From Schmidtea nova (taxonomy: Eukaryota): a DNA stretch of 64,000 nucleotides. Where the stretch lies: the NCBI GenBank assembly GCA_044892505.1, contig CM097883.1, positions 115,010,001 to 115,074,000 of the forward strand. Reading direction: 5' to 3'. Under the pieces are notes generated by a model. That model was not told the origin of the DNA. It made no database searches and saw only the letters and a list, made by a program, of their open reading frames with translations. Shown in pieces: positions 51,770-64,000 of this stretch; positions within the stretch are counted from its first letter, which is position 1, and each line of letters starts with the position of its first letter. The position numbers and the translations under genes were made by a program.

Positions 51770-53966
51770 TTCAGATAAATCCAAATGATAGATCTATTCA
51801 AGACCAGGATCATATCATTAAAAATATTGACGGAACTGTAGCAGAGAAAGTATCAAAAACTGATATATCGCTTCTTAAGCTTGAAAATGTAAGTTCAATT
51901 AAAAATTATTAAAAAATTAATTTTTTTAATTTATACAATTTAACATTTTTTTATTGTATGAAATGAAAATATAAATAAACCAATCTATAAAATGACATCT
52001 AAAAATCTCTGAAAAATCGTAGAAAATTGTTTTCATAAAATATTAACGCGGAATTTAAATTAATTTCTCATAATTAATTCAATTAGCATTGTAAAGAATT
52101 TAAACGCAATTTAAGAAAAAATAGTTCACAATTTTGTCAAAATGGAAAAAAATAATTCTTTAGCTGGAGTCGGAAAATTAATTTCCTTTCTATCATTATC
52201 CAAAAATACGGATTATATAAAATTTCACATAGAACAAATAGGAACTTCTCTGGAAATTGCTGAAACTTTCGGCAATTTATCCACTGTCCAAAAAGACTTT
52301 CTTTCCTCAAACCGAATTGCCATCGAACCAATTCGACAAATTTTGTATGATTTCCCATCTTCTGAATGCATTGAAAATGATCTCGTTGCTATTCTATCTA
52401 ATCCAATTCACAGAAATTTCGAAAAGGGAAATTATTTTAATTATGAAAATCAAATTTTCGATGACGAAAGAAAGTCATGCGAAAAATCCCCATTTGATGA
52501 GATTCTGAAATCTATCGAAAATAAAAATCTTGATAGATTACAGGATTCTGATTTCGTTGTCATGGAGACTTTTAAAAGGGATTTATTTTCTAACAATAAC
52601 ATTTGTGAGAAACATTTAAAATTTTTAATTACATACATTCTAGACCTAAACAAATGCTGTGAAAGACTATGTAGCATTGTTGATGAGAATGCTTTTATTA
52701 CTAGAAACCCTTCGGAGTCCATGAAGGAATTATCGGAAGAAAGTGGATTCTACGAAGGTGATAAAAACGATTTAAATAAAACTCAAACAAGTGTTCTTTT
52801 ACAGGAAATGGAAAATAATGATATAGAACAGAGAATAAAATTACTTTCAGATAATAATAAAATGCTGACAATAAAACTTAAGGAAACTCTAACTCCAAAA
52901 ATATCGCAGACCAATGCATCAATTCAAACTCTCACTCCCTCGTTTAGAGAACAATTCAAAGATCAATATCTAGCAGTAACAGAGTTAATTCCAAAACTCA
53001 TAGATAAATTCCAAAAAGATTTATTTTCCATCATTAAAGACTTTCAGTTGGTTAAATCAACCGAAAACAACCGAATGAACTATTTGCAACCAGAGCTGGA
53101 GAAAGCGAAGCAAATCAACACGGACTCACTTAACAAAATGAAAGACTTAACGGAAATAATCGAAGAAAATCGAAAAGCGAATAAAAAATATTTTCGCCAA
53201 CTAAGAAAGACAATTGAAGAAAAAACCTGCCGATTGAATAAACTGGAATTAATAGCGGAAATCAATGAAAAAACAATCGCAGATTTACAGAAGAATCTCG
53301 ATGAAAAATCAAAATCAATAGTCGATTTTGAAATAGAATTCCGGGCTGTCAAACAAGAACTGGAATTGCGGCAAATCAAAATCGACAATCAAAACAAACT
53401 AATTAAACGGCTGAAATGTCGAAATGCGAGAAAGAAAGGAATTCAGATTTACCGAAGAAAGCAGCGAAAGAATTTCTTTCAATTGAAGTCGAGAGAGAAA
53501 ATTGAGAGAGAAAGTCGAAAAGATTCCGTGCGATTGGAACGTCAGAATCGCAACTTGATAAGCGTTTTGAACGAATATGAAATAATAATAAGCCAATTAA
53601 AACAAAAACTTTGTTCGACAATTTCAATCTTATTCAATGAAACTGACAGCAAAAATCATGTAATTAGACAAATAAATATTTCGGAAAACGAGAAAGATGT
53701 TATGGAATTAAAGATTAATGCATTACCTGTCGGAAATAAATGTTGATGAATAAAATTACATACTTTCATTTTTAATTATATCTTAACTTTCAAATTTAAT
53801 CTCTATGAAAACTACAATATTGTTCAGTGAGGTTATTCCTATTCCGTCGTTACAGAATAATAGAACTCGATTCTACAGAGAAACTCAAAATGCATAAATG
53901 TCATTAATTGACATAACAATTTAAAAATTGAACGAAATAAAATTTATGCTATTTCATTAACTGATT

Positions 53967-54016
<50 letters not shown>

Positions 54017-56868
54017 TAATAATAAATAATAAAAAATAAAAAATAAGGATAATAATAGTAATATTAATCTAATACTTATAATTCACAAAGTATATATGTA
54101 TGTTAGTGACTCTCTAACGCTTTATGGTTATCGACTGATTATTATAAGTAATATACAAATTCAATAAATATAATTTATGATAATAAATAATTTTGAATTA
54201 AATAACCCAATCTATCCTTATAACTCTATAAGCAAGCATTCGAAGTAAAAAAAAAACTTTTCGTGCAGAATCTTGTATTGGATAATAATTTTTTATTAAG
54301 AGTTGTTGAATATGAATTAGAACAGTAAAAGAAGAATAATTGATTTTATATGCATTAGAGAACTGTATTTTAATTGATGCTTAAAGAAAAATCTGCCATT
54401 TATGACGAAAGAACAAGAAACTATCAAACAATAAGAAAATAAATTAAGCACTATCAAGTGTCGTTGCTAATCAATAGTTTAAAATAGAAAGAATTAAATA
54501 AACTATTAAATAAAAATGACAATTAATTTAAATAAAAGAACACAATTTTTTAAAATATGTTATTGGAATATATTTTGACAGCTCAGCTGTCATCATCAGA
54601 CTTTAAACAAATTCAATAAAATAAAAATTGATCTTATTTATACACTTATTACTGATTACATAATCAGATGTGCACAATCCAATAAAACGTTTATTAACCC
54701 TAGTAAAATTAATTAAAATACATACATACACACACATATATATATATCGCATTTTGTATGTTTATTTTAAGATTAAATGATTTTATCATCAAAGCCTCGC
54801 AATTTACACGTTTATAATAATTTTTAAAACCCCTAGACAATACATATTTTGAAATTGGAAAAATCAATGCTTTTCTTGCATGTCTGATTATGCTGAATAA
54901 TATTACTCTTTTCGCTCTTTCTGACATGTTTTTGAACTCGTGTACAGAGATGACGAACATGTTCTCCTATGTATGTGGCATTATACCCATTACAAGTTAA
55001 ACGATATACGAGATCAGAAAACAGACCAAAAAACATTCATAATTTATAACATGCAATTAATTTTACCAGAGTAAATAAAAGTTTTATTGGATTGTGCACA
55101 TGTGATTATGTAACCACTAATAAATGTATAAATAAGATCAATTTTTATTTTATTGAAATTTTTTAAAGCCCGATTATGACAGCTGAGCTGTCAAAATATA
55201 TCACAAAGATATATATTAAAGGAAATAACTTATTTATTATTAAGTGTATAAATAATTTGATTATATTTTTTTACAGATATGTGAAAGTTTTTCACTGGCT
55301 TGCGTCTATGAAAATTTTTCTATAATATTTTAATTTGAATAACATATGATTACTATTTTTTATTTAAAGACTTAAGATCAAATTTTTTACAGTGTTCTAC
55401 TAAAAAACAATTTTGATTTATTCTTCATTTAAAAAATGTATATGTCTGAAATAAAGAAAAAGAGATCAAAGGTGGTAAAACTAATGGATGTAAATCATTA
55501 AATAATTACCAAGTCTATCACAATAAAATATTTATAATTAAAATGAAAATAATAAATAAATAAAAATAATTTTTCATTAATATTTAGAAAATGTTAGAAA
55601 GTCCAATTGTTGCGACTAAAAATGAAACTGTATATTTTACTCAGAATCCAGATGGACAATTTGTTGAATATTTATCTACCGATAAAAATACGTTTTCAGA
55701 AAATGTAAGTTATTTTAATAATTCATTGAAAAAAAATATTTTTCTGTAAAAGTCCCTGTAAGCCAGCAGGCATCCATCTTGACCTAAAATTTGCATAATT
55801 ATTTTTCGTTTCTTTACAAAACAATGGCCTTTATATTAAAAGTGTCCTTAATCTCTTTCGTGATTTTTCAGAATGCAAATGAGATACATAAATTGGACCA
55901 TCAACTAAAATCTCGTATTGGTGTGGTTATTGGTGTTTTAGTCCCAAATCTTTGCATGAAATATTAAACAGTTTTCAGTTACGCAAAGAAAATAAATTAA
56001 GTTACCTATAAAATGGCCGGAACTTAAGGCTTAAGTTGTTGCACAATGGCAAACAGTCAAAGGGTTTCGACCATAAGAATACGAATGTAATCATTAAAGA
56101 TAACAAAAGAGAAGATAATATCCCAGTTTAAAGGATCATCGAAATGGTGTTTTAACTTCATAAGAGGAATAATCTGGTCGTAAGGGCTGTAACTTCATTT
56201 GGCCTAATAGTTACCATTCAATTTGGGAGAGAATGGAATTCTTCAGAATGTTTTTGAAAGATAAAATAAGAAATAGGCACACATTGGTAACATCCCTGTT
56301 GCATATGCTATGCCTAAAAACTATACGATACCGGAGTAAGGGGTTGACGATGTGATGATTCCAACAAGCGGCATTAGGATGTGTAATTTTAACACGAACT
56401 TGACATATAATGCGCTCGGTATATTCGGAAAATATGGGTCAATTTTAGTTTTTAACCCTTTGAACCCTAAAGGCCGGTAAACCGGCCTGCTTTGGCGAGG
56501 CATATACCCTAATGGCCGATTTACCGGCCTTGGCATCTATCTTTATTTTTCATACTGGCAATCGATTTTTGATCGAAATTGCATTTTAAGTCAAATATTA
56601 TTTATTGGTCAAAAATTGCTCAGGAGCTCATGGATATAGTGCTAATACAATTAACGTATCAGGATTCAAAGGGTTAATAAATAGTTTTATTTATGACTCA
56701 ACCCAATATTTTGAAATTATTTCATTTTGAAATTTATCGCTTATAAATAGAAAATATTAAATTTTCTAGAGTTTGGCAGATATCAAAACTTTCATTAAAA
56801 ACAAAGACGGCTCCTTTTCTGAAGTGATTGTGCCAAATAAAAGTGTTGAAACCACGCAATCGGAAAAC
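50770..56868 (+). CDS. Putative secreted repeat protein; exons 50770-50823, 51775-51888, 55588-55704, 56770-56868 (3' end not found)
   Basis: All exons are phase 0 with AG/GT boundaries. Exon 1 is hydrophobic (MLLLAMIFPIQISC). Exons 2-4 each contain N-x-D-G-x-x-x-E and end GAAAA(T/C)|GTAAGT. Confidence 0.65.
51086..51443 (+). mobile_element. 358 bp hAT MITE
   Basis: TIRs CAGTGATTCCCAAA / TTTGGGAACCACTG; TSD decayed. Confidence 0.75.
51496..51732 (+). repeat. Best-preserved palindromic repeat family copy
   Basis: ~95 bp near-perfect inverted arms centred near 51591, one-sided tail aaagatcaaaggtgaaaaaagataattatgat, running into (TA)n. Confidence 0.92.
52142..53746 (+). CDS. Intronless 534 aa protein with long C-terminal coiled coil and a basic patch; no family recognised
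   Basis: Uninterrupted 1605 bp ORF in very AT-rich DNA, in-frame stop upstream at 52112, and AATAAA at 53749 right after the stop. Confidence 0.8.
   Translation: MEKNNSLAGVGKLISFLSLSKNTDYIKFHIEQIGTSLEIAETFGNLSTVQKDFLSSNRIAIEPIRQILYDFPSSECIENDLVAILSNPIHRNFEKGNYFNYENQIFDDERKSCEKSPFDEILKSIENKNLDRLQDSDFVVMETFKRDLFSNNNICEKHLKFLITYILDLNKCCERLCSIVDENAFITRNPSESMKELSEESGFYEGDKNDLNKTQTSVLLQEMENNDIEQRIKLLSDNNKMLTIKLKETLTPKISQTNASIQTLTPSFREQFKDQYLAVTELIPKLIDKFQKDLFSIIKDFQLVKSTENNRMNYLQPELEKAKQINTDSLNKMKDLTEIIEENRKANKKYFRQLRKTIEEKTCRLNKLELIAEINEKTIADLQKNLDEKSKSIVDFEIEFRAVKQELELRQIKIDNQNKLIKRLKCRNARKKGIQIYRRKQRKNFFQLKSREKIERESRKDSVRLERQNRNLISVLNEYEIIISQLKQKLCSTISILFNETDSKNHVIRQINISENEKDVMELKINALPVGNKC
54569..55200 (-). 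mobile_element. Penelope-like GIY-YIG fragment between ~150 bp inverted repeats
   Basis: LVYRLTCNGYNATYIGEHVRHLCTRVQKH at 54833-55036. Flanks 54569-54720 and 55050-55200 are mutually inverted. Confidence 0.75.
56456..56673. mobile_element. 218 bp piggyBac-type MITE
   Basis: TTAA|CCCTTTGAA...TTCAAAGGG|TTAA. Confidence 0.85.
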
Positions 56869-57380
56869 GTAAGTTTAATTATAAAAATTTTTATAACTAA
56901 AAATGAATTAATCTTTACCTGGTGACCATTATTAATAGTGTTACTTTTTGGCGAAGAAGGAAGGAGCCTAAGGAATCGCACTTTTGTATTAGAGTTTTCT
57001 TGGAAATATAAAGATGTTTTAATTTTAAAATTTTACGAAAAATTTCGTTTATCTTAATTCCTTCAAACCATAGATCAAATACATTTAATTTAACACAAAC
57101 TTTCGGCACTGCCTTTTTTAACATTTGAAAAAGACAAAATAAATTGGTATCTTTAATTTTAATGATGCGGTAAATGAGGATATTCATCGTAGTATTTTTT
57201 TGTGGTATTTAAAAAAAAATTATTTAAAAGGTATGAAAAAATATATTTAAACAGTATATTAAACAATATATTATAAAAAATATATTAACACAGTGACTCA
57301 AAATTAAAAATCGCTTAGCTACGGCAACTAGTGATGCAGCAACTACAAACAGAATCTCAAAAACACCCACCAATGTACAA

Positions 57381-57536
57381 TAGGGTCGTTCAAGGTGCCA
57401 TAGAAAAAATTAAACATTTGAAACTACTAAGTGCTTGTTGCTATTTTTTTCCTTTTTAGATGTAGATCAAAAGTTATCATTATAACTTTTAATTTAAAGA
57501 TCATTTAGAGGTCCCTCAAGGCCAGTATACAGTCAG

Positions 57537-57583
<47 letters not shown>

Positions 57584-59092
57584 TACGTTCCTAAAAAATA
57601 CGTGTAAAAACAAAATTAGGTGACATTACGTTTTTACTTTATGTATATTTCGAGGAATGCCACCCAAAGAGAAAACATACGCATATAATCGACATAATCT
57701 AACTGAATTCTGAAGAATATAATGCGAAGTTAAAATGTATGTATACATAATTTGTGAAAAATGAAAATAAAAAAAATTCATAGAATATTGAAAATCGTGT
57801 TAAAACAAAGCAATTCGTGTAAAAAGAGAAAAAAATCTTTTTAATTCGTGTTAAATCGGTGTCAGGACAGAATTACTCTGGACAAAATTACACGAGACAA
57901 AATTACACAGAAGAAATTACACATAGACATAATTACACAGGGAAGAAATTACACAAGGACGAAATTACACATACGAAATTTACACCAAGACAAAATTACA
58001 CATTTAATTTGTTTGTGTTTTTATAATTATATTTTTATTATATTTTTATATTTATTAATTCATATAACACATTGATTCATAATTCATTTTTTATTTTTTC
58101 AAAAAAAACATCAAAACTTACTTAATCCAACCCTCCAAACAAATGTTTTATATAAAAAATTCATAAACACAAAAAAATTAAATGTGTAATTTTGTAAAAC
58201 GTTGAAAAAGTTAAGACGAGTAAATACATTCATTTCCATTTTTTACATCCTGCCATGATTGCAGGCATAACTGACCACTGATGTCCTAGCTATTGATGTC
58301 ATACTCTCCAAGGACATGAAACGATACTGTTATACGGATAAAAAATGTTGCTGGTGCGGTTTTGAAAGTGATGTATCATCATCAGTGGTACCTAACACCT
58401 GAGTTGCCACATTTGGGGTTTTTAGTAGTAAAATACCATCCACCGACAAAGAAAATCCAGAAAAAAAACTTCTACTGCACTCAGAACACCACAAACGTGG
58501 AAAGTCAGAGATGACATACCAAGACATTGGTACGGAAATCTATTTTGCTGATTTCATAACTGGGAAATCGCGGCTTCTATTTCGATTGTTGGGACTAGCT
58601 TGTGTTTGGCTTAGATTGCCTGAAAGAGAAGGATGAAAAATTTCTACAGGTCCAAGATTATGTAAGGAATGTCTTGTTTGTAAATGAATCAACAGAAAGA
58701 ACAGCGAGACTTATGGAGGAGTTCGCTCAGAAGGTATGACTTTTTCCATTTTCAGGAAATGTTTATTTTTTTATATTATTGTTGTAGGTAACAAGAGATG
58801 AATCAGAACGCTAACATTTGCTGCAAGCTATTGAAAATGCGAGAAAAAAGATGCTTGTGGTGAAAAAGATAGGTATTCAAGACTCTAATAAGGCCCATGT
58901 GACTTTATTTAAAGTCATTTTAAAGAATTCATGGAATTTTCAAATAAAATATTGCAATATTTTAGGGGACTCGAGGGACCTAATTTTCTTGGATTGAAAA
59001 AATATTTCAGATGAGTTGTTTTTATACAAAAAGGAAAGAAATTATCAACAAGCATTGTAGGATTTTGATAAAAAATTTGTGGAACGACCCTA
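57381..59092 (+). mobile_element. Non-autonomous hATm-like element (C-terminal transposase part) with nested repeats
   Basis: TIRs TAGGGTCGTTC / GAACGACCCTA, TSD atgtacaa/atgcacaa, and relic HQWYLTPEL...ADFITGKS...VNESTER...EEFAQK|VTRDESER.HLLQAIE. Confidence 0.8.
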
Positions 59093-60104
59093 ATGCACAA
59101 TATTACCCACGTTGAGGATGACCAGTTTTGATAATGATGCGTATTATGGAATGGCCGTTATCCTAATTATTCCTATACAAAAGTGTCACATATCGTGAAT
59201 ATGATTTTAATAATAAACTGATTTTTCGGAATAGATGACCAATTAAAATTATTCTAATTTTAATAATTTATAACTTATTAATTTTAAGTAATAGTCTGAT
59301 TTTTTCTATATTGTTATTTATAGTATGAAATGGTGGTTTCTCGGTAGCAGCATTAATTAAATATTAAATAATTAATAAATAACAAAATAAGCCAAAATCT
59401 TATTAAATTAAATTTTGCAGCAAGACTTAATTTGTTATTTATTTTTATTTCAATTTTCAATTATTTAACTCTTTCTTTTAACTTCCAATTTCTGTTTGTT
59501 TTCTTGTCAAACTTTGGATCGATTTTTAACCCACTTCCCGATATCCAATCGATCTGAAAACTTGCGAGCAGACTCGTGGTGGCCCACAAATTATTCCATT
59601 GAAAAATTGAAAAATTTTGAAAAATCTTGAAAAATTTTGAAACAATGTGATTTTTCAATTTACTGTTGCCAAGAAACTACCAAACAATGAAACAACAATA
59701 AAATTAACCGAGAACATGAGAAAAAGAAAGAGTTACATTAAAAACTTGTTTTTATGGGTTCCTTTTTTAAATTTATTATATTTTTAGTAATACTTTTTTC
59801 ACTTATTAGGTAAATATTTAACTCGTGCTATTTTTAGTAACATATTAATTAATTTTAATAAATTTTAATTTATTTAATACGTTTTGTAAGTTATGAAAGT
59901 ACAAGATATGAGAACTGTACAAATGTTTTGAATTCAATATACAAATTTGATAATTTTATTTATAAATAACAAAAATTAGTGAAAATATATAAAAAATATA
60001 GAGCAAAAATAAAAATTAAAAAACAAAATAATTGCTTTATTAAAAATTACATTTAAATGAGCAAATTAAAAAGAGTTTATTTTCAAATAAATTAATATAT
60101 AAAT

Positions 60105-60485
60105 CGCATCAGTGAGATTTTTGTGTTAACGTTGCTTCACAAAGTTGTTTTAATTTTGGACGGTATTCTGAACTTTAATGATATTCCAAGCTAACATCAT
60201 CCATCTGACTTCTTACTTTTTTATTAAATGGTATTAGCAGACGTTTGTTCATAAAAATACATCCATCCAAAAGCTGTGAATAAAACAAACGCAACTTTTT
60301 TGAATTGATTAAAGCAATCTGGGAGGCTATTTCATGCTTCAAAGATAATTTGATTTTCCTTGCTACAATTAGATAGTTCTGGCCATTTATGATTTACAGT
60401 CAAATTAACTTTTATTTCTTCTAAGTTTTCTAAATCGGTTTTAAACTTGAAAATTTAGAAGATCACAAATCATTGGTTTTTAGGT
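60105..60485 (-). mobile_element. hAT (Buster/EPM2AIP1-like) transposase C-terminal relic
   Basis: LVDLKTNDL*SSKF...LENLE...NSLPDCFNQFKKVAFVLFTAFG...EQT. Confidence 0.65.
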
Positions 60486-61164
60486 CTACTAGCTGTAGCT
60501 CAAATCTAGCTCGGTTAATTTTTTAAAATGGCGAAATGGCGAAATGGCTCTTCTTTAACCCCCCCCCCCATTGAATATGTCATGAAAAATAGTTCGTGAT
60601 AGATGCATTATGTTTACGTACACATATTTAAGTGTTTACTGAGAATTAAAATTCTTAAATTAAAATTCTTAACTAAAATTCTTATTATTAGGGATATTTT
60701 TCTTCTTCTTATTATTCAGAAATATGGCAATAATTCAATATAATCCGTTATAATAAATTATAATGTTTTGTTATTCAATATTCAATGGTGGAAGGAAGTA
60801 AAGAATAGCGTGTGAAATATTTATGTTATCGGTATTTGCTTCCAATTTTCTTATTAAAAATATAAAATTATTAAAATATAAAAATATAAATATATAAAAA
60901 TATAAATAAATTATTAAAACAATTATAAAGAGTTTTACATCTCTTCTATGGTTGTTATAAAGAATTTGACATCATTTTTAGTTTGTGTTGCTTCTCTCTA
61001 ATTTTTTGTTTCAAAATGAATTATGTTAGCTGCAATAGAATTACATTTGATTTCTGTATTCACTGTACGATGTTAATAATAAGACAAGTGCAAGTAAAAC
61101 TATATATTTTATAAAATACTGTTTTCCAAACAAACTTTTTCAGATGTTTAAATTTCAATACTGT

Positions 61165-62075
61165 TGTTGGGGTTCGTTTAAACATGCACGAAATACAAAA
61201 AACTGAGTAATAAATAAAGTAAACAAAGTAAAATAAATAAAGTGGAAAATTAATTAAAATCTAAAAAAATTAAAAATAAATATTGAGCTAGAAAACTGGT
61301 ATGAGCGGATCCCATATGATGAGATGAGATCAAATACAAGAATTTAAAATATACGGGGGATCCCCAGAAATAAATATTAAGAAAATACAAAATAATTAAA
61401 AAAATTAATTACCTAATTGACAACCCAAGCTAAAGAGAAACCCAAGATGAATGGAAAACCCAAATCATCGGCAAAATTATTAAATTACCAAAAATAATTG
61501 AACAACTTAATAGAAATTTGAGTTGTCAACAAAAATTAGAATTGCCTTGAACAAACCAACTGTATGAAAATCACAAGATAAAAGGAAAACCCGAGATGTA
61601 AAATTAACCCGGATTTTCATTAAATTAATTTTTATTTCGGAGAATATAAAACCCGAGGAATGGGAAAAAATACAATTAGAATAGATGATCCATGAGAAGC
61701 TCTTGTCAGCAATCAAATTAAAAAGAGGGACAATATCCAATTAAGAAAACACTATGAAAAAAGAAAACAAATTGTTAATCTTGCTAGTTGGCCAAAGAAA
61801 TAATTTAAGGTGATTCAAATAGACTCAGAAAAGGTTAGTAAAATAAGGAAATGTCAATCAGATAATATCAGTCAAATAAAATCAATTATTGCGTACCAGA
61901 AAGGACTATCTCCCTATTTAAGGACACCCCTAACGCAAAAAACGTGCAAATAAAGTAAGTGTTATTGACAATTGGAGATTTTGTGTTGAACTCAAATAAA
62001 AGTTATTGTAATGAGTATTGTAGATTTTGAAAGATAAGATCTCAAGGACTCAGAGAATAAGACCGACTCTCAACA
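61165..62075. mobile_element. Probable solo LTR, 911 bp
   Basis: Termini TGTTG...CAACA with a 4 bp direct repeat CTGT on both flanks, and A-rich interior. Confidence 0.55.
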
Positions 62076-62833
62076 CTGTTATTCATTATTTCAATTATCT
62101 TTAAGTTTAAACATATTTTAAATCATAAAACCAAAGCAAAATATTTAAATTTATAACTTTAAAATTTTAGCCAGCATGCATATTAAAGTAAGTAAAATTA
62201 AAATAGTTATCAGACAAACCTTATTTTAATTTAAGATAAAATTTTAAAAATTTTAAACCGTGAATATTAATAACTTTTCTCACAAATCAGGATGCCATTT
62301 TTATGTCTTTTTGCAAATAACATCAAATTATTTTCAAAAGAAGGTACTATTTCTAGTAGAGCATTTGGGGTCTGGCCTCTTTAAATTTAAACGATTTAAA
62401 TGAGATGTCATATCAATAGAAAAATAAAATTTACACAAGCAATTCTGGATATTAAAATTCGTTTTATATATTCAAGACAGAAAGAGAATTGTTTTAAAAC
62501 TGCTATTTTGGACAACCAAGGAACCTCTTTATTTAAAAGAAAATCCGAAAACTTCACATTTAATGCCTTCAAAAAGAATAAAACTGTCTGTGATAAAATT
62601 TTGCCATTATATGGTTTACTATTTAACTTCTAAATCTTAGACTTTCATAATTTCTAAATGAAAAGCAGTAGCACATAGGGCTTCTTGGTGTAAAATGCAA
62701 TGAAACGTAAAAATATCATGATCCACGATCTGTTTAACACACACTCTCTCTCTCTCTCTCAGCGCTAACAGATGTATATCGAATAAGTCAATGTTTATGA
62801 TGCAAATTTATTCATTGTTTATTCATTGTAAAA

Positions 62834-62914
62834 TATAAAGCAGAAGCTATTTGTATTGATATTTGCAGTTATAAGAGTCGTTTCATTTGAAATAATCTTT
62901 TCATAGAATCGAAG
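62834..62914 (+). promoter_or_regulatory. Candidate TATA promoter and non-coding first exon of a gene leaving the window
   Basis: TATAAA at 62834, Inr-like GCAGTT 31 bp downstream, donor GAAG|GTAAGC at 62914, and a possible acceptor TTTTCAG at 63907. Confidence 0.45.
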
Positions 62915-63019
62915 GTAAGCTATACTTAATGTATGTTGCTTCTTTAGTTTACATGGTATCGGTTTCAAATATTATTAATATCAACTCAATTTTAAACTTT
63001 TTTAGCATTATAATTTAAT

Positions 63020-63178
63020 AATTAATATCAATAATTCCCATAATGGATGACTATAGATCAAAATTTCTTTAAATAAGTACACAATATTTAAACAAATTTT
63101 GATCTATAGCCATCCATTATGGGAATTATTGATATTAATAATAAAAAAAGATCAAAGGTGAAAAAAGATAATTATGAT
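63020..63178 (+). repeat. Palindromic repeat family copy, centre shortened
   Basis: Arms aataattcccataatggatgactatagatcaaaa / ttttgatctatagccatccattatgggaattatt plus the same one-sided tail. Confidence 0.88.
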
Positions 63179-63299
63179 AATTTAATAAGTTTTGCAAATA
63201 AACAAGTGATTTCAGTTGTTATCTTAATAGACATTTTAAAGATTGCTTGTTTGAAAATTGTTTGTTTTGACAAAAAAAAACTTTATTTTTTACTGATTA

Positions 63300-63700
63300 G
63301 GCTCAGTGCTTCATCAGTAAAAACTATAACTACTTTATTGATGTCTAATTTTTGGTGAGAAATTCCATAATTGCAGCACACATATTCCCGCCTCGAGTAT
63401 GCCCATTTGAGAGGTAGCAAAACTAAAAACTCTTCGTTGTTATATACCGATCCAAGAGGCTAACTCGGGCAATATCATCAATGTCGGTTAATTCATCACT
63501 ATCTATGTAAAATACTGATGCTGTTTTAATGCATCGTTTAATAGTTCTGTAATGAACTGTTTTTGCGGATAGTGGAGTCTTCATACTTTTTTTAATGCTT
63601 CGCTGAAAAAATGTTCTACCAAATTCAGGAAGCATTTTTTTCGATATATTCATTACCTGTAAATGATTTTCCATTCTTACTTATCTCTTGAGAAACAGTA
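63300..63700 (-). mobile_element. hAT (Charlie/FAM200-like) transposase relic
   Basis: KTPLSAKTV...FYIDSDELTDIDDIARVSLLDRY...FCYL..GHTRG...VFTDEA. Confidence 0.65.
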
Positions 63701-64000
63701 AACCTAGCTGCGGTTGTTTTTGATTTATGTAGTTCTTTAATTTTTTGAATAAATTTTGTTAGAAAGAAATTTACATGTAATTCAAATGTGAATCAGATAT
63801 CTCAATTTGGTTTTAGAATGTTCGCTTTTAATAAAGAAAATACAATTTGTCATTTCTTTATATTCTGAACATAATAATGGCTCAGTAAATTAATTTTCAT
63901 TTTTCAGTTCTGGTTCATCTAGTAAACAAGGTTGCAAATTGCAAAATAAATAAATAATGTTCTTGATTATTGTAATAAAGAGCCACAGATTGCCGATCTT

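Noticed and set aside
52142-53746. bZIP assignment for the 534 aa protein
   Set aside because: The basic patch lacks the invariant N-x7-R/K spacing followed by a regular leucine heptad.

Overview
AT-rich, gapped eukaryotic scaffold, most likely a triclad planarian (Schmidtea/Dugesia), inferred from the FoxA protein. One clearly intact conserved gene is present: FoxA/HNF3 (14987-16444, +, single coding exon). Most of the rest is transposon debris: mariner, several hAT groups, piggyBac, Gypsy, Penelope-like, solo LTRs, MITEs and a recurrent palindromic repeat. The most unusual region is 25560-29480. It is a decayed, intronless, A-skewed four-ORF cassette: coiled coil, full-architecture TRAF (RING, zinc fingers, coiled coil, MATH), long coiled coil, and a type I membrane protein. 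Its short spacers share a motif and carry clustered TGTANATA (Pumilio-element-like) sites. Also notable are a candidate secreted repeat-exon gene (50770-56868) with a same-strand intronless 534-aa gene in one intron, an env-like glycoprotein relic (19900-21039, -), and a Q/N-rich ORF directly behind a Gypsy PBS. All family assignments come from manual motif reading; no database searches were run.
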